From positions 1,184,001 through 1,248,000 of the forward strand of contig CAWDSK010000005.1 of assembly GCA_963804995.1 (NCBI GenBank): a stretch of 64,000 nt of DNA, read 5' to 3'. Source of the DNA: an uncultured Acidobacteriota bacterium (GTDB lineage: Bacteria > Acidobacteriota > Terriglobia > UBA7540). Position 1 is the stretch's first letter. Every line of letters starts with the position of its first letter. This document shows positions 43,093-54,221 of this stretch, piece by piece. The notes beneath the pieces are model-generated. The model ran no database searches and had not been told where the DNA came from. It was given only the letters and a program-made list of their open reading frames with translations. The position numbers and the translations under genes are program-made.

Positions 43093-43932
43093 ATGTCAAC
43101 CCAATTAAGCGTTACGCTCAACGCGGGCCTGACGCCCTCCAAGAGCGTGGATATCTGCCACGCTCATGTAAACATAACAACAATGCCGCATGCGGTTGCT
43201 CTTATTTCCAATTATGCGGCAACGTCGCCAGGACCGGCCTACGTTGTCACTCCCAATGCCCAGCATGTGGTCCTTCTCGAGAAAGATCAGCATTTCCGCG
43301 AGATTTACTCCCATGCCAGCTTGGTGCTACCGGATGGATTTTCCCTCCTACTTGCGGCCCGGCTTTTTGGAAAGAGATTGAAGGAGCGGGTGACCGGTGT
43401 GGATCTATTTCAGGCGCTCTGTGGACGTGCGGCAGAGATGGGATTGAGAGTTTATCTCATGGGCGGTCAGCCCGGCTCGGCGGCCCTCGCCGCCAGAAAG
43501 TTGAAGGGGGCATACCCCAATTTGATTGTGGCCGGAACCTATTGCCCAGCCTGGGGGTTTGAGAACGATTCGAGGCAGTTGGATGCCATGGCACGCATGA
43601 TCCGTAAAGCCAAGCCGCACATTCTGTTTGTTGGCCTCGGGGCACCCAAGCAGGAGAATTGGATCTACGAGCATGGTCTAAAGCTTGGCGTTCCAGTTTG
43701 TATGGGCATCGGGGGGTCGTTCGAGATGGTTGGGGGGATTACCACGCGAGCGCCACGGTGGCTGCAACGAGTGGGTTTGGAGTGGCTGTTCAGACTGGCG
43801 GTGGAGCCGCGCCGCATGTGGAAGCGTTACCTGATCGGAAACGTACAATTCATGGCCTTGGTTTTCGGGCAATTGCTGCACCCGACCCTCTACGAAGGAA
43901 ATGCGTGGCCTGCGGTAGGGGGGCGGCAATGA
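43093..43932 (+). CDS. WecB/TagA/CpsF (GT26) glycosyltransferase
   Basis: VTPNAQH, LPDG, RVTGVD, FVGLGAPKQE, GLEWLFRL, RRMWKRY. Confidence 0.92.
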   Translation: MSTQLSVTLNAGLTPSKSVDICHAHVNITTMPHAVALISNYAATSPGPAYVVTPNAQHVVLLEKDQHFREIYSHASLVLPDGFSLLLAARLFGKRLKERVTGVDLFQALCGRAAEMGLRVYLMGGQPGSAALAARKLKGAYPNLIVAGTYCPAWGFENDSRQLDAMARMIRKAKPHILFVGLGAPKQENWIYEHGLKLGVPVCMGIGGSFEMVGGITTRAPRWLQRVGLEWLFRLAVEPRRMWKRYLIGNVQFMALVFGQLLHPTLYEGNAWPAVGGRQ

Positions 43933-45074
43933 CCAGGCGTGATGTGTTCAAACTTGCCCTCACGACGTGTGGCATAGCCGCGTGCGCGCACAGCCTGGAA
44001 CTGGCATCCCCTACGGCCGCTGTGACAGGAGTGGATTCATCCCATGCTTGGGGGTCGCTGCGAGAAATTGCGGCTTCCCGTGGGATCCTTTTTGGGTCGA
44101 TGGTACTGAAGAAAACGTTGGCTACGGATCCGAAATATACCGATCTGGTGGCACAACAATGCGGAATCATTGTGCCGGGACATGAGTTGAAGTGGGACGC
44201 GCTTCGTCCTGCACCCGACCAGTTTGATTTCTCAGAAGGCGATTGGATCGAACAATTCGCAAGGTCACACGGGATGCTGGTTCGCGGCCACACGCTGGTG
44301 TGGGAACAAGCCCTGCCTAAATGGTTCGCGACAACCGTCAATCTGGAGAACGCCAGGCGAATGTTGCTCAGCCACATATCTACGGTTGTCGGTCATTATG
44401 CGGGGCAAATGCATTCCTGGGATGTCGTGAACGAAGGCATCCAGATTGAGGATGGACGAGCTGATGGATTGAAAGTTACGCCCTGGCTTCTCTATCTCGG
44501 GCCCGAATACATTGACCTGGCCTTCCATGCCGCCCACCAAGCTGATCCGAAAGCGATGCTGGTCTTTAACGAAAACCGGATTGAGGCTGAAAACTCCGCG
44601 GCCGAGCGAAAACGGCAAGCCGTGTTGTCCCTGCTGACCCGTCTTGTCAGGAGAGGTGTTCCGATCCATGGTTTGGGAATTCAATCGCATTTCCCTGCGG
44701 AGACGGATGTGGCGGGGCCTGGTTTCAAGAGGTTTCTCCATGCCATTGAAGATCTGGGCCTCTCGATCCTGGTCACAGAAATGGATGTGTTCGATAACCT
44801 ATTGCCTGGAGACATCGCTATCCGAGATGGTCTGGTGGCCAAGCAATATTACAACTACCTCTCGTTCATTCTTCAATTCAAGTCAGTGAAAGCAGTGCTC
44901 ACCTGGGGTTTGAGCGACGTTTCCACCTGGATCACAATAGCCAGCCCGCGCGGAGACGGCCTGCCGGTCCGGCCACTGCTCTACGACGCCGAACTGCAAC
45001 CCAAGCCCGCGTTTGCCGCGGCCTGGCATGCGTTTAACGAAGCGCCCAAGCGCAGATGGGACGCTTCCAAATAG
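43929..45074 (+). CDS. GH10 glycoside hydrolase with a twin-arginine signal peptide
   Basis: MTRRDVFK, ELKW, RGHTLVW, WDVVNE (acid/base), GIQSH, VTEMD (nucleophile). Confidence 0.9.
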   Translation: MTRRDVFKLALTTCGIAACAHSLELASPTAAVTGVDSSHAWGSLREIAASRGILFGSMVLKKTLATDPKYTDLVAQQCGIIVPGHELKWDALRPAPDQFDFSEGDWIEQFARSHGMLVRGHTLVWEQALPKWFATTVNLENARRMLLSHISTVVGHYAGQMHSWDVVNEGIQIEDGRADGLKVTPWLLYLGPEYIDLAFHAAHQADPKAMLVFNENRIEAENSAAERKRQAVLSLLTRLVRRGVPIHGLGIQSHFPAETDVAGPGFKRFLHAIEDLGLSILVTEMDVFDNLLPGDIAIRDGLVAKQYYNYLSFILQFKSVKAVLTWGLSDVSTWITIASPRGDGLPVRPLLYDAELQPKPAFAAAWHAFNEAPKRRWDASK

Positions 45075-45273
45075 TCGAGCGTTTGACGGGCGTCCGTCCC
45101 TTTGACCCCACGAGCGGTGGCATCCAATGAACCCATCGGAAGTGAGCGATCCGACGAGCTTTTGATCAAACACCCGGTGGTTAAAAGTAGTGTCTCCCGG
45201 GTCATGGAGTGCGTCTGCCGGCTGTCCAAGTTTTCAGAAGGAATTCCGTTAACAAAAAAGCGAGGTACCTGAG

Positions 45274-47596
45274 ATGTCTGACAATATTGTGCCGACGAGC
45301 GACCCGCAAAATGAGGATCGTCCGCCTTCCACCATTGTGCCGAGAGTGACACCGGTTTTCGCCAACAGCGAGCCTGTGGCAGAGGTTTCCTTTGCTGAAA
45401 TCTGGCGCATTCTGGTGAAGCGAAAATGGATTATTGCGGCAACGACTTGTGGCCTATTCGCTATAGGCCTTGCCTATTGTTTGATGAGCACGCCGAAATA
45501 CGAGTCGACCTCGACAATTCAATTCAACAGAGAGAACTCAGACTCACTCATGCCTGGGGATACCCATGCGATGCTCGGTGACGCGACCGCGATGGATTAT
45601 CATGTGACGCAACAAACGCAGGTTGACACCTTAAAGAGCGACACGCTCGCTCTGCAGGTGATCCGCGACTTGAAGCTTGAGAACCGCCCTGAGTTTTCAC
45701 CTAAGCCCTTGTGGGACAGCTTCGCCAAGTACCCCGACGAGTCCCAATTGCCGTTGGAGAAAGCTACCCACCGGCGGGCGAGGGTTCTGAAGGCTTACCA
45801 CAATAACCTCCGTGTGGATGTAGTAGACGGTACCCGGATGATCAAGATTTCGTTCCTAAGTCCCGATGCCGAAGTGGCAGCCGCCGTGGTGAACTCACTG
45901 GTCAGCAATTACCAGGAGCAGCAATTCAGAACCCGTTTCGCGGCAACGGCGCAAGTCTCGGACCGGTTATCGAAGCAGCTTGATGACCTCAAAAACCAGG
46001 TGGCAGCCTCACAGGAGGAGTTGGTTCGGTACCAGAAACAAGCAGGTATTCTTGGGACCGATGAGACGCACAACATCGTGATGACACGGCTGGAAGAAGC
46101 TGATAAGCAGGTCGTTGCCGCTGAAGGAGACCGGATTCTTGCACAAGCCGTTTGGCAGTTGGCCAAGAGTGGGAATCCGGAGTTGATTTCCGACTTGGCG
46201 GCCATGTCTTCCGCAACCAAGTCGCTGACAAATCCAAACTCGAGGTTATTGATCGAGAGTCTGCGCACTCAGCAAAGCCAGCTCAAGCTGGAGTACGCCC
46301 AAGCGGCAGCAAAGTATGGTTCATCGTACCCGAAGCTCATGCAAATGCAGAGTGAGCTGAGCCAGCTCGATGAGAACATCCAAACCGAGATTCAGAACCT
46401 CGCCACTCGTGCGCAGAACAATTACCTCACGGCCCAGCAAACCGAAAACGCCCTGCGGGCTTCTTTCGAGCGCGCAAAAGAAGATGCGAACATACTCAAT
46501 GACAGGAACGTCCAGTACTCCATCATGAAACACGAAGTAGAGTCGAAACGCGATCTCTATGACTCATTATTCAAACAACTGAAGGAGGCGGGGGTGCTGG
46601 CTGGGCTGCGGTCAACCAATATCGTGACAGTTGACCCCGCAAGGCCATCTGACCGGCCTGCCAAGCCCTTCGTGGCGTTGAATCTTGCCATAGCCTTGTT
46701 TGGCGGGTTGTTGTTGGGAGTTACGGGCGCGTTTGTCGCTGAGAATTGCGACGACACGATCACAACACCCGACGATGCCGAGCAGATAACCCTGGTGCCA
46801 TCACTGGGGTTAGTTCCTCGATGGAAGTTTCGGAAGCCGCCACCGCTTGCAACGAAGTCGATTAGGCCCACTTCCTCAGCCCCGTCCAAGGCGGCGGCTG
46901 TGGTTCTGTCTAGGCCGCACTCACAAATCGCTGAAGCATACCGCATCGTGCGGACTTCGATTCTCCAGGCAAGTCGACGGGGCGCGAGTAATGTCCTCCT
47001 CGTTACCAGCGCCTTGCCGGAAGAGGGAAAAACTACAACAGCCCTGAACTGCGCGGCGGCGCTCGCTCAGCAAGGTCAACGGGTACTGTTGGTTGAAGCC
47101 GACATGCGGCGGTCAAATCTGGAAAGCAAGTTGAATTTGAATGGCTGCGGAGGATTAAGCTCCCTCATCGCGGGTGGAACATCATCTATCGCGCCGGTGA
47201 AGATTCCCCTCCCTGCCGAACCTGTCGGTAATTCCTGCCGGTCCGCGGCCCTCCAATCCGGCCGAATTGCTGGGCTCGCCGCGCATGGCGGAACTTGTCC
47301 AGGAGTGGCGCTCGAACTATGACTTCATCATCCTGGACACGCCTCCAGTATTGTCAGTTACGGATGCAGTCGTTGTTTCCGCCCATTGCGATGCCGTGAT
47401 TCTTGTTGTCCGGTCTGGGGTTACAACGAAACAATCCCTCATTCGTGTCCGTGACCTCTTCATGCGATCGCGCAAACGGATTGCAGGCGTCGTCATGAAT
47501 GCCTTCGATCTGAAGTCTGTCGACCACTACCTGTACCTGGGGTATAAGTCCAATCCGAAGGACGGGCGTGGGTACTACAGCTCAGATGTCAATTAA
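45274..47596 (+). CDS. wzc: Wzc/GumC polysaccharide co-polymerase with BY-kinase domain; +1 frameshift in the C-run at 47206-47209
   Basis: Two TMs around coiled coils, AEAYR, EEGKTT, VEADMRR. After the shift: PSNPAELL, ILDTPP, Tyr-rich tail. Confidence 0.9.
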
Positions 47597-47616
47597 AACA
47601 AAGAGGAGCATTTCCC

Positions 47617-48622
47617 ATGAGATTCATTTCACCGAGATTGATTTGCCGATTTTCCTTCTTGTTGACAATGACAGTTGCCTGCCTTGCGGGCGCTCGTGCT
47701 GAAGCAGGTCAAACACCGACTTCCCCCCGTGCTGCCGGCAGCCTGAATGCGACCCGCACCGCAAATGGTCCCGCGGAGGGAACGGCGCGCGAAGCCAGGG
47801 TGAAGATCGGACCGGGGGATCTGATCGAAGTGAATGTCTTCGATGAGGCGGAATTGCAGCAGACCATTCGACTCAACGATCTGGGAGACGGAACCCTCAG
47901 TTTCATCGGCAGCGTGCACCTTGCCGGGCTGACAACCGACCAGGCTGAGGCCCTTATTGCACGCAAACTGAAGGAGGGAAACTACCTCCTTGCCCCCCAA
48001 GTGGCAGTAATGATTCGTGAGTACAGTACTCAGGGGGTATCCGTATTGGGCGAGGTGAAAACACCTGGGGTTTACGGAGTAGTGGGGGGCCAGAGCTTGT
48101 TGGATGTTCTCGCTGCCGCAGGTGGAACAACACCCCTGGCAGGTGCCGAAATCACTATCCAGCGCGCCGGCGACGCCTCCACCCTTACTGTCCTTTTATC
48201 GAAAGATGCTCACCAGTCACTTTCGTCCAATGTACGGCTTTATCCCGGAGACAAGGTCATCATTCCGCGCGCCGGTCTGGTGTATGTACTGGGAGAAGTT
48301 GGCCGGCCAGGCGGGTTTGTCATGGAGAATGACGGGAAAATCACCCTGTTGCAAGCGCTCGCCATGGCGGGTGGAACCACTCACACTTCCAGCATGAATG
48401 GTTCGAGGCTTCTCCGCAAAGGACCTTCAGGCTACACGGATATTCATATAGAACTGAATAAGATGCTCAAAGGCCAAGAAGGGGACGTCCAACTACAGGC
48501 AGGAAGATATTCTGTATGTCCCCGGTAGTGCCATGAAATCCGCATTCGCCCGAGCCGTACCCGCGGTGTTGGCTGCATCCAGCGGCGCCGCAGGCGCGGC
48601 CGTATATCATATTACTTACTGA
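47617..48622 (+). CDS. wza: Wza/OPX polysaccharide export protein (SLBB domains); +1 frameshift at ~48503
   Basis: IGPGDLIEVNVF, AGLT, VLGEVKTPG, VLGEVGRPG; the shifted frame continues DILYVPGS...VYHITY*. Confidence 0.88.
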
Positions 48623-48769
48623 GTGGAGAGGCTTGCCGGATAGCCTTCCGTTCCCCTGAGCCCCTGTAAAGGTCCCGTAAGGCGGAGTGAGCTGGTTACA
48701 GCACTGAACTCTGCCCTTCACGGTCCCAATGCCGTACGGTCCTGCAACAGCCCTCAAGCAACAACTCAT

Positions 48770-49672
48770 ATGGAAAGCATCTCGTGCATTTTCTGTGGTG
48801 TTGATGACTCGTTTCCGGTCATCCATGAGAACGGCTACACGGGAAGGAAGTGCCGCCGGTGCGGACTGATCTTCATCTCACCACGCCCCAGTCGTGAAGA
48901 TATCAGAAACCTCTATGCAGACGACCAAGCGGTTACTTCCTCCCAATGTCAGTTCGCCGCCGAGGCCTATAAGCGCCTCCATGCCCGGTTCACCATGAAG
49001 ATCCTGCGGGGGTATGCAAGCGGGGGAAAACTGCTGGAGATTGGTCCGGGGGGCGGTCTGTTTATGGACCAAGCCAGGGCGGATGGCTTCAAGCCTTGCG
49101 GTGTCGAACTCAATCTCATCCACGCCGAGTACATCCGAAACCGATGGGGACTTCCCTGCGAGTCTCGACAGTTAAGTGATGCATTTCCTGGTGAAATATT
49201 CGATGTTATTTATCATTGCGACGTGATCAGCCATTTGTATAACCCCTGCACTGAATTCAAGATCATGAGAGAACGCCTCACACCGCAGGGGATATTGATC
49301 TACGAAACAGGAAACATGGGTGATGTGCGTCCCGACCGGCTGGCCATGATCCCTCGATTTCAGTATCCTGATCATTTGTTCTTCTTCAGTTCCCGCAACC
49401 TTGAGTCGTTGCTGCAGTTATCGGGCTTTCGTCCGGTGCGTCAGTTCCGATTCTCAACGGTTCCCGAATTGCTGCTCCGTAAGGCCGTTTCAAGGTTCAA
49501 GTGCCGAAGAAATGGATCAAACGTCGCAGCTCCACGAGGAACGGATTCTGCCTCTTCCTCATTGTGGGTAAAATCTCGGATTGCCATGTTTGCCCGGTAC
49601 CGATTAGGCGCCTATCTCCCCATACCGGACCATCATCAGACGATCATTATGATCGCCAAGCCCAAACAGTAG
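48770..49672 (+). CDS. Class I SAM-dependent methyltransferase with N-terminal CxxC pairs
   Basis: CIFC...CRRC, LLEIGPGGG, DVISHLYNP, HLFFFS. Confidence 0.85.
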   Translation: MESISCIFCGVDDSFPVIHENGYTGRKCRRCGLIFISPRPSREDIRNLYADDQAVTSSQCQFAAEAYKRLHARFTMKILRGYASGGKLLEIGPGGGLFMDQARADGFKPCGVELNLIHAEYIRNRWGLPCESRQLSDAFPGEIFDVIYHCDVISHLYNPCTEFKIMRERLTPQGILIYETGNMGDVRPDRLAMIPRFQYPDHLFFFSSRNLESLLQLSGFRPVRQFRFSTVPELLLRKAVSRFKCRRNGSNVAAPRGTDSASSSLWVKSRIAMFARYRLGAYLPIPDHHQTIIMIAKPKQ

Positions 49673-49824
49673 TCGTTTGCGTTTGCGTTTCACCGCTCCG
49701 AGGGAGAACCCTTGGAAAGTCCCGCCGAAGGAACAGATCCTCGCGGAGTATCCCCGGCCGGAGCGGTTCTAGAACAAGCGAGGCACCTCCGCGCAGTGGG
49801 TCAGGCAGTGTAAGCAGGAGGGTG

Positions 49825-50317
49825 GTAGGGTCGGGGTCTGGCGCGGTGGCTCCGAAAGGCCTTCGGAGCCCCGTTTCCAGCCCCCGCCACATCACACGTA
49901 GCGTGCGGATTTCCCGCACTACGCGTTCCTGCACGCTTCACGACAAGGGTTATGGGGCCGATCGGGTCGGCGCGGCTGCCCAGGAGGGCGACTGATAGAC
50001 CACGCGGTACTCGTGGAAGAGCCCGAGCGGTCCATACAGCCACTCCTTACGCCACCGCTTCCATCCGAAACCTGGGCGTTGTCTGGCTCTCGCCAAGTGG
50101 CACCGAATCTTCTTCTCTACCCAGTCGCGGATATACGAGAAGCACCGGCTGGAGTGGCCCACCGCAAAGTAATTCACCCAGCCGCGCAGGATGGGATTGA
50201 TCGCCTCGATCAACCCCTTCACGGGCTGAGAGCGATAGCTTCGGAAAACCAGCTTGAGCTTGCGCAGCAGCGCCGTTCGCTTCTTGACCCGCGGCTTATG
50301 CAGCGGCATCCATCGTC
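49825..50317 (-). mobile_element. 3' remnant of a group II intron (maturase end, domain V, domain VI)
   Basis: Minus strand GGAACGCGTAGTGCGGGAAATCCGCACGCTACGTGTGATG (DV-like), followed by a DVI hairpin ending CCCGACCCTAC. Confidence 0.85.
49950..50309 (-). pseudogene. C-terminal maturase (domain X) fragment of a group II intron reverse transcriptase
   Basis: LIEAINPILRGWVNYF...GFGWKRW; RT domains absent. Confidence 0.85.
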
Positions 50318-51731
50318 CCCGTAGTATCCAAATACTGGATCCTTTTGAAAGCGCAGCTGGATAGTGAATCCGCTGACAGCGGGTGCGGGGGTGTCATGAC
50401 ACTTTGCCGCCGTGTTACGCTGACACGATGCGCCCGACGTTGGATTCCTTTCGACTGCTGCTGATTTTCCTCGCGGGCTGGCTGAACCCACAGCAGCAAG
50501 ACGTCATCGACTACCTCCAGGAAGAGAACCGAGTTCTTCGGGAACAACTCGGCGATCGACGGCTGCGCCTGAACGACGACCAGCGCCGGCGTTTGGCAGT
50601 CAAGGCCAAGAAACTGGGCCGCAGGGTGCTGCACGAACTGGCCACCCTCGTTACGCCGGAGACGCTCTTGGCTTGGCGCCGCAAGCTCATCGCCCGGAAA
50701 TACGATGGCAGCCAGCAGCGTGGCCCTGGTCGTCCGCGCACCCCAAACGAGATCCAACAGTTGGTGGTCCGCATGGCCACCGAGAACCGCGCTGGGGGCT
50801 ACCGGAGAATCCAGGGGGCGTTGGCCAACTTGGGGCACGAGGTCGCCCGCGGCACCATCTCCAACATTCTCAAGGAGCACGGTCTGGAGCCGGCGCCCGA
50901 GCGTAATCGGAAGACCACCTGGAAGGAGTTTCTGGCCCGGCATCGGGAGGTGATTGTGGCGGCGGACTTTTTCAGGATCGAGGCTTGGACGCGCCGGGGC
51001 TTGACGAGGTTCCTGGGGCTCTTCCTCATCGACTTGTCGAGTCGGCGGGTGGAGATCGCGGGAGTGGGGCGGCAGGCGAATGGACTTTGGATGAGTCAAG
51101 TTGCACGCAACCTCAGTGATGCTACGGACGGCTTCCTGGTCGGCAAACGATACCTGATCCATGACCGCGACCCGCTGTTCACGGCAGAGTTTCTGGAGAC
51201 CCTGGAGAGCAGTGGCGTGAAATCCGTGAAACTGCCGCCACGGGCACCCAATCTGAAGGCCCACGCCGAGCGATTCGTCAGAACCATCAAAGAGTCCTGC
51301 TTGAAACGGCTGATCCTGTTCGGGGAAGGCTCCTTGCGGAAGGCCATCCACGATTTCGTTATGCCTTATCATCACGAGCGCAACCACCAAGGGCTGGACA
51401 ACCAGTTGATCATTAAGGAAGAGTCTTACGTCAGTAGGGCGGGAGCGATCCAGCGCCGTCAGCGGTTGGGTGAAATGCTGAATTACTACTATCGCCAAGC
51501 GGCCTGAGGGAAGACGATCGAACTGTGAGGGGATGGCCACCGGCGAGTGTGTCGATCCTCACCGTAGCGCGGTGCACGAGCGCCGCCTGGGCTGATTACA
51601 GCGACCAAATCCATGCAGTCGCGTGGTCACCCTGCAGGCCCCCATAACAAAAACCATCCACCAACTCCCGAGAAGATCGCGTTCCTGGGCAAACCAACTG
51701 TCCCTCGTTTGAGTTCTTGGACCTTGCGCGG
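50318..51731 (+). mobile_element. IS-like element with an rve/DDE integrase and imperfect terminal IRs
   Basis: The left end CCCGTAGTATCCAAATACT is shared with the second copy at 59696. The imperfect complement AGTTCTTGGACCTTGCG lies at ~51712-51728. Confidence 0.75.
50428..51507 (+). CDS. rve integrase-core (DDE) transposase, IS481/IS3-like
   Basis: [44 protein letters not shown]. Confidence 0.88.
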   Translation: MRPTLDSFRLLLIFLAGWLNPQQQDVIDYLQEENRVLREQLGDRRLRLNDDQRRRLAVKAKKLGRRVLHELATLVTPETLLAWRRKLIARKYDGSQQRGPGRPRTPNEIQQLVVRMATENRAGGYRRIQGALANLGHEVARGTISNILKEHGLEPAPERNRKTTWKEFLARHREVIVAADFFRIEAWTRRGLTRFLGLFLIDLSSRRVEIAGVGRQANGLWMSQVARNLSDATDGFLVGKRYLIHDRDPLFTAEFLETLESSGVKSVKLPPRAPNLKAHAERFVRTIKESCLKRLILFGEGSLRKAIHDFVMPYHHERNHQGLDNQLIIKEESYVSRAGAIQRRQRLGEMLNYYYRQAA

Positions 51732-51895
51732 GTACCAGGACTCAATCTTTTCTGGAACCCGGCGGGGGAAGTGCAACCATAGAACCCTGACAGACTCGGG
51801 CAAAGGGCGTTGATGGTCGAATTTTTTATGAGTTTCGTTAGAGGGGCGGTGTATCTTGCGGTTAACAGCGAGTAATCTTCATTTAGGACGTCAAC

Positions 51896-53125
51896 TTATT
51901 TCTGGGCTCGGAAGTACTGTCGCCGGGGGTCCTGCGGTCCGCTACCGACGTCGATTAAAAGTCCACGTCTGACCAAATGGGCCAAACGCGTCCGTGTAGC
52001 GCACGGAGACAGAGAAATGGTCTCTGCGATCTCTGCTGTTGAGCGGCCAAGTCCATCTTCGAGGAGGTGTAGGATTAGCTGATCCACCTCATAAATGCGG
52101 ATCGGCCCGGTCCGCGTTGCTGATAGTATTACGCGGAAATGGGTCCCAATTTCCTCAAGAACCGGAATGGGCAAGCCCGCATCCTCGCAAGCCGCCGTCA
52201 TGCGCTGAATTCCACTTCCCCATTGCTCAATGAGGCCCAGTTCATGGAAGACACGGCCGATCACTCGGTTTCGCAGCCTCGATACGCCCCTGCGTATGTC
52301 CTCAATGGTAAGGCCGAAAGGCAGGATGCCGGGATTTTCCACTTCGATGCGGTCATCAAATACGGCCACGCGGATGGGAGCCCCTTTTTCAGCATAGTTG
52401 GCGTGTACGATGGCATTGATGATTGCCTCGCGAAGGGCAATCATTGGAACCGTCCAGCGATCAACACGGTGCGCTCCCGCGATCACCGCTTCGCGGCCCA
52501 GATGCTTCTGCACGAACGTGATTGCCTGGTCGGCGGCTTCTGGCAGGGGAGGCCGAATTTCGCTTGAGTCCAATATCCTCCCCCGGTCCTTCCCGGCGAA
52601 GCGACCCGCCTGCAACCACGCATCAGGGAAGCGGTCAAATCGGTTCTTTGCGAAAAGGAGAAATCCGCCGACGGTCGGAACTTCGCGTCCCTGGTATTCA
52701 GTAGTAACTCGCAGGTTGCGAAATGCAGATGGCGCCAGTTTCCGGACAGGTGCAAACAGCTCGGAAGCAGCTCGGAAGTTGAGCACTTCCGAGCTCAAAT
52801 CCGGGATGGGCTGCTCGTCAAACGATTCGAATTGGCCAAACCGACGCATTTCAGCAATTTGCGCCATGTCGGCACGCCGATTCGTGGATCCCAAGCGAAC
52901 GAAGACGCCCGCTTCCATCCCAAGACGCTCAAGGTAGTGGGGGCGCGCCGCACTTGGGTAAACTTGCACTACCAACACCTGAGCCTTTCGCCAAGGCACG
53001 ATTTCGATATCAGGAACCAGGCGCGGCCGGATCGAATCCGCGATCATGTTAGCCAGCCGCTCCTCGGCGTCGAGGACATCGGGAACGCCGGTCACACGTC
53101 TGGTCCTGTCCTCGATACCTATTGT
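51896..53125 (-). pseudogene. AlbA_2/Schlafen + HATPase_c_4 (RecG-C-like) + winged-helix protein, N-terminally truncated
   Basis: IGIED..VTGV, FVRLGSTN, ALREAIINAIVH, DRIEVENPG, RNRVI, IEQWGSGI, C-terminal HTH. No start codon precedes IGIED. Confidence 0.75.
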
Positions 53126-53270
53126 TCACATTCTGGCATCTTGATGGGATAAAGCCCGCAAGATGGCATCCAGAACTTGGTTCGAGATACTTGCCAACGT
53201 CCTCGGCAAGGAATCGGAGAACCATGTAGCCTTTTTCCTGAAGCAAGGCATCTTTACGACGATCTCGGGA
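53126..53270 (-). pseudogene. DUF559/Vsr-like C-terminal fragment of the TOTE-type helicase gene
   Basis: RDRRKDALLQEKGYMVLRFLAEDV, then after a frameshift QVLDAILRAL. Confidence 0.7.
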
Positions 53271-53336
53271 CTTGCCGCTGTCCTTCTCAGACTTTCCTGC
53301 TCGCCATAACCACTCGCCACTTGTCACGGCTTTTCA

Positions 53337-53739
53337 ATAACTCCCTTTCTTTTCATCAACATAATGGAGAGACGCGTCTAACTCGTTTATTTTCATAAAC
53401 ATCATGGAGAGGCTAAAAGCAGACATTTTTTCTATATGTGTTTTCAATAACATTCCGGCTTCATCCCCCCATTTTCGGGGGGGTTTTTTTTGTGACTCCC
53501 CGCCCCCTCAGAACAATCTAAATATTTTAGTTTCAATGACATAAGTTTTTTCAAAGTTTTCGCTATTCACCGCTAACCACTTTTGTTTCTGATACATAAT
53601 GGAGAGCCACGCCCTTCTTTTTCTTTCCGATCCCCGCATTTCAAGCTAACTATCTTTATTTGAATGAGATAAAGCTTTCAGGCATTTTTACTCAAAACGA
53701 CTAACCCCTTTTGTTTCTGACACATCTTGGAGAGCCACG
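53337..53739 (+). repeat. AT-rich array of degenerate ~37-bp direct repeats (CTAACnnnTTTnnTTTCnnnnACATnnTGGAGAG)
   Basis: Full copies at ~53337, 53378, 53573 and 53701; partial copies at ~53433, 53518 and 53646. Confidence 0.75.
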
Positions 53740-53745
53740 ATGATC

Positions 53746-53824
53746 GGGCCATCGGACCATCGGGTCATGGGGCCATCTAAAACCATCTCCGTGGTCCTCC
53801 GATGGATCGATGAGCAGATGGGCC
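53746..53824. repeat. Octamer tandem repeats (GGGCCATC-like x4, then inverted GATGGNNC-like x3)
   Basis: gggccatc ggaccatc gggtcatg gggccatc ... gatggatc gatgagca gatgggcc. Confidence 0.65.
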
Positions 53825-54186
53825 GTTGAGCCGATTTTGGGCCCTCCTCCGCATGAGCCTCGGATTTTCCTCCCTCGGACCCTGACGCCGGAATCTTGCC
53901 CTGCTGACTTCGTAGCTTGGATGGGCTCGGCTTCGAGAAGGTGGGAGATTTGCGCGCGGACATGGCTGCACCCCGCAGTAACACTTGGTTATTATATCAA
54001 CATACACTATGAAAATCAAGAGGATTCTACCAGCGTTAGAGGCTACAAAATGTCGCTGCCGGAAAGCCAGTGTAGCGGGGACCTGTTTTGGTCCGCGCCT
54101 TTTCACCATGTCATGTAAACTGCGCCGATATGTCAGTCGATCGGTTGCCGTGAATACTGGGAGGCAAATGTCGCAACGAGGCTTGG

Positions 54187-54216
54187 GGCGCATACATGTA
54201 CTGCGATGTATGCGCC
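54187..54216. repeat. Perfect 11-bp inverted repeat with 8-nt spacer (GGCGCATACAT-N8-ATGTATGCGCC)
   Basis: Seen directly; sits at the breakpoint of the helicase fragment. Confidence 0.7.
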
Positions 54217-54221
54217 ACCCG

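Noticed and set aside
49950..50309. Retron, DGR or defence-associated reverse transcriptase
   Set aside because: Only the maturase tail is present and it is followed by group II intron DV/DVI.
53337..53739. CRISPR array
   Set aside because: Repeats are too degenerate, spacing is irregular (a few to >100 bp), and there are no cas genes.
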